Positions 35,650 to 40,562 of a stretch of DNA of 40,562 nucleotides are shown one piece after another. The notes under the pieces were generated by a model. The model was not told where the DNA came from and made no database searches. It saw only the letters and a program-made list of their open reading frames with translations. A program made the position numbers and the translations under genes. The stretch comes from a virus (taxonomy: Duplodnaviria > Caudoviricetes). The stretch spans positions 1-40,562 of IMG/VR virus record IMGVR_UViG_3300022177_000053, one strand, 5' to 3'. The first letter of the stretch is position 1. Each line of letters starts with the position of its first letter.

Positions 35650-36588
35650 ATGGCTGATTTAAATTTTGATTTTAGCGCGAGATTGAAAGCGGCCGTTAAG
35701 CGGGCAGGTGTCACGCAAGGTCAGCTTGCGGACTATTTGGGCATGCATCAATCTGTTTTAAGTAGATATTTCAGCACGGGGCGGGTCCCGGAATGGCACA
35801 TTTTAGTAAATATAGCTGATCGACTAACAGTAAGCTGCGATTGGCTGCTAACTGGTAAAGAGCCGTGCACCGGCAGCCCGGGACTTCCGGCAGTATTAAA
35901 CTTCAATGGTAATATTGGCCTGCAATTAAAGCAGGTTAGGCTTGCGGCAGGTCTATCCCAGAAGGCGTTTGCAGAGTTGCATGGAATTCCGTTACGTTCT
36001 CTCCTGCGCTATGAAGCTGGTCATGCCCCTACCGGCGCAAACCTCCGCCTCGTGCGGCAGGTCATATCAAAAGGCCTACAGGATGAAGGCGGCCATTTGG
36101 CACAGGACGGCTCATTGAATCAGCCCTTAACCGCGACGCCCGACGCGGACCAATCAACTGTGGAGCCTGCCACCATGGGGAAAGGGGTGGATGATGAGGA
36201 AAGCGCCCTGCTGGACCAGGTGCTATCTGAGCTGGAGGCGGAGAAGCGCGCCAGTATGGCACGGCTAGCCCAATTGCGGGCCTGCCACCAGGAGCGCAAG
36301 CGCTTGGAAGCCGAGGTTCAGCAGCTAAGTGATGAGCTGGCCCAGGCCCGAGCCGAGAGCCTGGACGCACGCGGCCGGGCCCTGGCGTCCGCGGCCTGGC
36401 GGCGGCTGGGTCTGGACGGTCCGTTCGACCTGGGCCGGCTGCTGGAGGTGGTCTCGGCCGGGATCAGCCTGGCCGGAGTTGAAAAGCCAGAGGAAACCAT
36501 CCATGAGCCCAAGGTGGGGCCGGCAAGCAAAAAGCCGGTGAAGGAGCACGGGCCTGGCAAGGCTCCGGGAGGAAAAGACGGGCTCTAG
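35650..36588 (+). CDS. CI-like repressor with two XRE HTH domains and a coiled coil
   Basis: HTH1 'RLKAAVKRAGVTQGQLADYLG...DWLLTG'; HTH2 'LKQVRLAAGLSQKAFAELHG...RYEAG'; no S24 peptidase motifs. Confidence 0.85.
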   Translation: MADLNFDFSARLKAAVKRAGVTQGQLADYLGMHQSVLSRYFSTGRVPEWHILVNIADRLTVSCDWLLTGKEPCTGSPGLPAVLNFNGNIGLQLKQVRLAAGLSQKAFAELHGIPLRSLLRYEAGHAPTGANLRLVRQVISKGLQDEGGHLAQDGSLNQPLTATPDADQSTVEPATMGKGVDDEESALLDQVLSELEAEKRASMARLAQLRACHQERKRLEAEVQQLSDELAQARAESLDARGRALASAAWRRLGLDGPFDLGRLLEVVSAGISLAGVEKPEETIHEPKVGPASKKPVKEHGPGKAPGGKDGL

Positions 36589-36699
36589 GGGAGGCGGGAG
36601 CGACAGTAAGCTTGTGTTGGGCAAAACCCGGTCAATACGTTTATCTATCGCTTTTCTCGGTAAACTAGACTTTGCCGCTGAGTTTTTATTGGGCCAATC

Positions 36700-37230
36700 A
36701 TGCCGGATTCACTGACAAAAGAGCAGCGATCCCTTGTTATGTCCAAGGTGCGCAGCTCCAATACTAAGCCGGAGTTGATTCTAAGGTCTGCGCTTCACAG
36801 GCTAGGTTTTAGATTCACCGTCAATAATAATAAAATGCCGGGCAAGCCTGATTTGGTATTACCTAAATATAGTGCTGTCATCTTTGTGCATGGTTGTTTT
36901 TGGCATGGCCATCCAGGATGTAAAGATGCCAGAGCTCCGAATAGCAACCAAGCATTTTGGCAGGATAAGCTTGCGAAAAATTATAACAGGGATAAACAAG
37001 TCCAACACATTTTGTCCGGCATGGGTTGGCGAATATGCGTTGTATGGGAATGTGAATTAATGAAAAATACCATCGCTACATTGGAAAGTGTTGTTGCATT
37101 TCTATTGGAGAGTGAACTAACCGACAACATTTCTGATAAAATTACCTCTCAACTAAACCGCAAAAACCTCCTGGCCAATGCACAGCAGAAGGTTACCGCT
37201 CGCATTAAGGGTTACACGCATGAAGTCTAA
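36700..37230 (+). CDS. vsr: Very short patch repair endonuclease
   Basis: 'MPDSLTKEQRS..MSKVRSSNTKPE', 'PGKPDLV', 'FVHGCFWHGH', 'VVWECE'. Confidence 0.95.
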   Translation: MPDSLTKEQRSLVMSKVRSSNTKPELILRSALHRLGFRFTVNNNKMPGKPDLVLPKYSAVIFVHGCFWHGHPGCKDARAPNSNQAFWQDKLAKNYNRDKQVQHILSGMGWRICVVWECELMKNTIATLESVVAFLLESELTDNISDKITSQLNRKNLLANAQQKVTARIKGYTHEV

Positions 37231-38482
37231 ATTGACTAAGTTAAGAAGCACCAAAAAAGCAATCAATAATCCATGCACATTTAATGTAATTGACCTGTTT
37301 TCAGGTGCAGGAGGAATGAGCTTTGGTTTCCATAAACATTCTGCTTTTTCGATTGCAGGTGCAGCCGACTTTGAGGTAGGCAAGCCCAGCACCGGCCCTG
37401 GCAAGCTCCAATGCAACAGCACATATGCTCGCAACATTGGTATAGCTCCAAAACAAATTGACTTGTCCAGTGTCCAGCCGGGCCAATTAAGAGGGCTGCT
37501 TTCGATTCCGGATAACTTGCGAGTCAATGTATTGTCAACTTGCCCCCCTTGCACAGGGTTTAGCAGGGCAAATCCGGAAAACCATTTAAGGGATGACAAG
37601 CGCAATAGTCTCGTACGGAAATCAGCCGAATTTGCTGTGGCTCTGGACGCAGACGTTGTTGTCATGGAAAACGCAAGGGAGCTGATTCGAGGAAACTTTA
37701 AGCACCATTTCGAATGGTTCCGCGAATACCTTGAAAATCATAATTACAATGTATTTGGTAGAACCTATATGTTGTCTAGATTCGGTTTACCCCAAATCCG
37801 CGAGCGGGCGATCGTTATTGCAGCCAAGTCTAGCTTACCACTGCACACTTTGGAAAGCGTTTGGGATGGCTGGATCGTTAAAAATGAAGCTTTAACTGTT
37901 AGAAAAGCGTTCAATTCAATAGATTCACATTCTACAGGTGTTAACGTCTATCCCAATTTTTCATCGGCGGTGGTCAAGCAACGAATAGCAGCTATCCCCA
38001 AAAATGGAGGTTCTTGGGTTGACCTATTAAGAATGAGAGACAAGCAAAACCTACTTACCGATTCAATGAAGCGAATTATCGCAAGTGGTAAGTTCGGCTC
38101 TTACCCTGACGTTTACGGGCGAATGTGGTGGGACAAGCCTGCTCCAACAATAAAAAGGGAATGCGCACATGTAGGGAACGGAAGATATACGCATCCCAGG
38201 GAAGATCGGCTTTGCTCGGTTCGTGAGATGGCAATTTTACAAGGATTCCCAAATGATTTTGATTTCAACGGCACCTCGATATCAAACAGCTATCGGCACA
38301 TTGGAGATGCTGTTCCACCGCTTATTTCTTTTCAACTGGCGCATTTGTGCAATTGGATTTTAACAAATACTCAGCCCAAACTAACCGATATTGTGCTCAG
38401 CGGCACGAGTCTCAATTTTGAAAATTTAGTACTCCAACAAGAAGTGGCATTGGGAAATGGAAAAATTAGTATTAACGGTTAA
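37220..38482 (+). CDS. DNA (cytosine-5)-methyltransferase
   Basis: Motif I 'DLFSGAGG', IV 'PPCTGFS', VI 'MENA', VIII 'QIRERAI', IX-X 'VREMAILQGFP', 'IGDAVPP'. Confidence 0.93.
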   Translation: MKSKLTKLRSTKKAINNPCTFNVIDLFSGAGGMSFGFHKHSAFSIAGAADFEVGKPSTGPGKLQCNSTYARNIGIAPKQIDLSSVQPGQLRGLLSIPDNLRVNVLSTCPPCTGFSRANPENHLRDDKRNSLVRKSAEFAVALDADVVVMENARELIRGNFKHHFEWFREYLENHNYNVFGRTYMLSRFGLPQIRERAIVIAAKSSLPLHTLESVWDGWIVKNEALTVRKAFNSIDSHSTGVNVYPNFSSAVVKQRIAAIPKNGGSWVDLLRMRDKQNLLTDSMKRIIASGKFGSYPDVYGRMWWDKPAPTIKRECAHVGNGRYTHPREDRLCSVREMAILQGFPNDFDFNGTSISNSYRHIGDAVPPLISFQLAHLCNWILTNTQPKLTDIVLSGTSLNFENLVLQQEVALGNGKISING

Positions 38483-39161
38483 TCAATTTGAAAAAGATAG
38501 AATCAACGAATTCATATCAGCGCTTCGCACTCCGTGCAATGTTGTAATTAACCGAGATTCCGTTTTTAATGATCTATTGTTTGAAGGCGAATTTAGATCT
38601 AAGCTTCTGACACATCATAGCTTCATGGGCAGTCCGCTTTTCCAGGAGAGCTTTGAATCGGCATTTGTTGCCGCCTGTCGCAAGTCACGCCACACGGTAG
38701 AGGAGGCACCTCAGGGTAAGCGCTTTTGGGATGTTATGATAGACGGTAGAAGAATTAGTCTTAAATCAAGTAAGGCTGCCAGTATGCGTATGGGCAGTAT
38801 TCATATTTCCAAGCTAACAGAGGCAGCGTGGATACAAGATTGTCGCACGGCGACACTTCGGAAGGAAAGAACGTTTCAACTGTTTGAGCAATATACATCC
38901 GAAGTTGATTCGATCATTATGCTTAGATACTTTGCTAGTACTAAGCTATATGAACTTGTTGAAATACCTGTTAGTATGTTTTCACAAATATTTTCGGTTG
39001 ATACCAGCCATTTTTCCGCAGACGGCCCGACGATTAACATCCCAATTGGTCAAGTCCCTCCTGATTTTACTCTTTCCATTGACAGGTCTGATGCTAAAAT
39101 TACCATAAAAAATATCAACAAAGAATTGTGCACGGTTCACGGTACATGGCAAATTACATAG
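38457..39161 (+). CDS. Putative type II restriction endonuclease
   Basis: Overlaps the MTase gene; PD-(D/E)xK-like 'WDVMIDGRRISLKS'; same AT-rich composition. Confidence 0.7.
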   Translation: MEKLVLTVNQFEKDRINEFISALRTPCNVVINRDSVFNDLLFEGEFRSKLLTHHSFMGSPLFQESFESAFVAACRKSRHTVEEAPQGKRFWDVMIDGRRISLKSSKAASMRMGSIHISKLTEAAWIQDCRTATLRKERTFQLFEQYTSEVDSIIMLRYFASTKLYELVEIPVSMFSQIFSVDTSHFSADGPTINIPIGQVPPDFTLSIDRSDAKITIKNINKELCTVHGTWQIT

Positions 39162-39193
39162 TGAACCGAATTGGCTCACCTATCTTCAAACTG

Positions 39194-39222
39194 TTGACAC
39201 GATACAATTATCGCATTAAGAT
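39194..39222 (+). promoter_or_regulatory. Near-consensus sigma70 promoter upstream of the integrase
   Basis: TTGACA (39194-39199) - 17 nt - TAAGAT (39217-39222). Confidence 0.8.
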
Positions 39223-39229
39223 GTATGCA

Positions 39230-39285
39230 TCGGACGCCCATCCGAGTCACCGGCCGCCCAGCCCAGGGTTAACCTGGGTTGGGCG
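39230..39285 (+). ncRNA. Structured integrase leader or candidate antisense sRNA (contains repeat copy B)
   Basis: Begins at the predicted TSS; hairpins TCGGA-N6-TCCGA and CGCCCAGCCCAGG-...-CCTGGGTTGGGCG. Confidence 0.5.
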
Positions 39286-39335
39286 ATCTGCTTTCCGCGC
39301 ACCATGCCGAGCAACGGCAGGTCTGGGGCCTCTGC

Positions 39336-40562
39336 ATGCGGGGTAGGATCATATCCCGCGAGAAGTGCCCGGCCTGCGGCCAGAGCGGCAAGTTCACGGA
39401 GCAGCCCTATGGCCTGGTCTGCGCCTGCGGGCGCTACCAGGCCCGCCGCCCCGAGCTGGAGATCATCCACCAGCGCAAGCGCCTGCGCATATCCCACGAC
39501 CAGAAGGGCCAGCGCTTCGCCACCTACGAGCACGCCCGCCGCGCCCTGGGCCTGATCCGCAACCAGATCGAGGAAAAATCCTTCTATCCCGAGACCTGGG
39601 CCAGCAACCGGAGCAACGTCTTCCTTTTCGAGAACTACGTGGCCGCCTGGCTGGAAGCCGAGAAGGATCGCCTGCCCTACTCTTCCTTCATCACGCGCGA
39701 AAACCTCTGCCGGCACCTGGCCTGGCTCCATGGCCAAAACCTCAAGGAGCTGCGCAACGCCCACCTGGAGGACTATGCCCGGCACCTGGCCAAGTCGGGC
39801 CTCGGCATCGTCAGCCAGCAAAACGTGCTGCGCAACCTCCGGGTGCTGCTGGCGCGGGCCTATCGCCGCGGCGACATTGAACGCCCCCTGCAGGTGCAAC
39901 TGCCCAAGGCCCCCCACCGGGCGCCGAAGCACCTGACCGCGGAACAGCAGCTCGAGGTTTTGCGGCACATTCCGGAAGCTGATCGCCCAATTTTCACGTT
40001 CATGATGCAGTACGGTTGCCGAGTTGGCGAGGCGGTGGCCTTATGCTGGGACATGGTTGACCTGGACCGTGGGCATTTCCTGGTGGCCCGGACCTACTCC
40101 ATGGACCGCTGGAGCGAAACCACCAAAACCCGCCGAGACCGCCCCATGCCCATCCTGGGGTGGTTCGCGTCCTGGCTGTCCCAGCAGGTGCCCGGCATCG
40201 GGGCGACGGTGGTGTTCAGAAACCCCAGGGCCCAAACCGGCCGGCGCAATTACCGGCAGACAGCCCTGCGCCGGATATGGCAACATGCCTTGGAGGCCGC
40301 CGGCCTGGAGCACATCCCCTTGAAGAATGGCACCAGGCATAGTTTGGGGTATGCTTTGCGGCGGGCCGGCGCGGACATGGCGGGCATCGCCAGGGTGCTG
40401 GGCCACACCGAGACCCGGACCACCAGGATCTATGTCGAGGACGACGTGGCGCTGACTGCCAGCATCATGCAAAACCTGGAACGCGGCCACGTTGTCCAAC
40501 TGGGTGCTGACCAAATGCTGACCAACGGCCAAACCGGCCAGAAAAAGTTCAACAAAAAATGA
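39336..40562 (+). CDS. int: Tyrosine recombinase / integrase with an N-terminal Cys motif
   Basis: 'GCRVGE', 'TKT', 'NGTRHS', 'LGH', 'TRIY' catalytic residues; N-terminal CPAC...CAC; alternative TTG start at 39279. Confidence 0.92.
   Translation: MRGRIISREKCPACGQSGKFTEQPYGLVCACGRYQARRPELEIIHQRKRLRISHDQKGQRFATYEHARRALGLIRNQIEEKSFYPETWASNRSNVFLFENYVAAWLEAEKDRLPYSSFITRENLCRHLAWLHGQNLKELRNAHLEDYARHLAKSGLGIVSQQNVLRNLRVLLARAYRRGDIERPLQVQLPKAPHRAPKHLTAEQQLEVLRHIPEADRPIFTFMMQYGCRVGEAVALCWDMVDLDRGHFLVARTYSMDRWSETTKTRRDRPMPILGWFASWLSQQVPGIGATVVFRNPRAQTGRRNYRQTALRRIWQHALEAAGLEHIPLKNGTRHSLGYALRRAGADMAGIARVLGHTETRTTRIYVEDDVALTASIMQNLERGHVVQLGADQMLTNGQTGQKKFNKK

Larger units (their letters stand above)
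1..40562. mobile_element. Lambda-like temperate prophage (true ends and att sites probably outside the window)
   Basis: Ordered integrase, immunity, replication, packaging, head, tail and lysis modules; gpA-type terminase, lambda-type portal, 1650-aa tape measure. Confidence 0.95.

Noticed and set aside
34223-39264. attL/attR pair for the integrase
   Set aside because: Recombination between the copies would delete the repressor, cro and cII region and leave the integrase outside; copy B sits at a TSS, which fits a regulatory role better.

Overview
The window holds a nearly complete, GC-rich, lambda-like (cos-type, long-tailed) temperate prophage. Almost all lytic genes are on the minus strand. 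From right to left it contains: a tyrosine integrase; an AT-rich Vsr / C5-methyltransferase / putative restriction endonuclease cassette; a divergent repressor with cro- and cII-like genes; early genes (DnaN clamp, ParB-like protein, SPL-type radical SAM enzyme, a 36-aa peptide, an orphan HicB); a replication initiator with internal iterons; a cos-like site; terminase; head genes; tail genes with a -1 frameshift chaperone; and a lysis cassette. Three AT-rich accessory cassettes look like defence hotspots: (i) a HTH-ImmA/IrrE peptidase plus partner flanked by a 124-bp direct repeat, (ii) two tandem HEPN-motif genes preceded by a non-canonical tRNA-like RNA, (iii) the restriction-modification cassette. 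The most unusual signals are the tRNA-like leader in front of the HEPN pair, the ParB-radical SAM-peptide module, and a 35-nt element shared between the integrase leader and the early operon with antisense geometry. All calls come from reading the sequence and recognising motifs; no database searches were run, and att sites are not visible.
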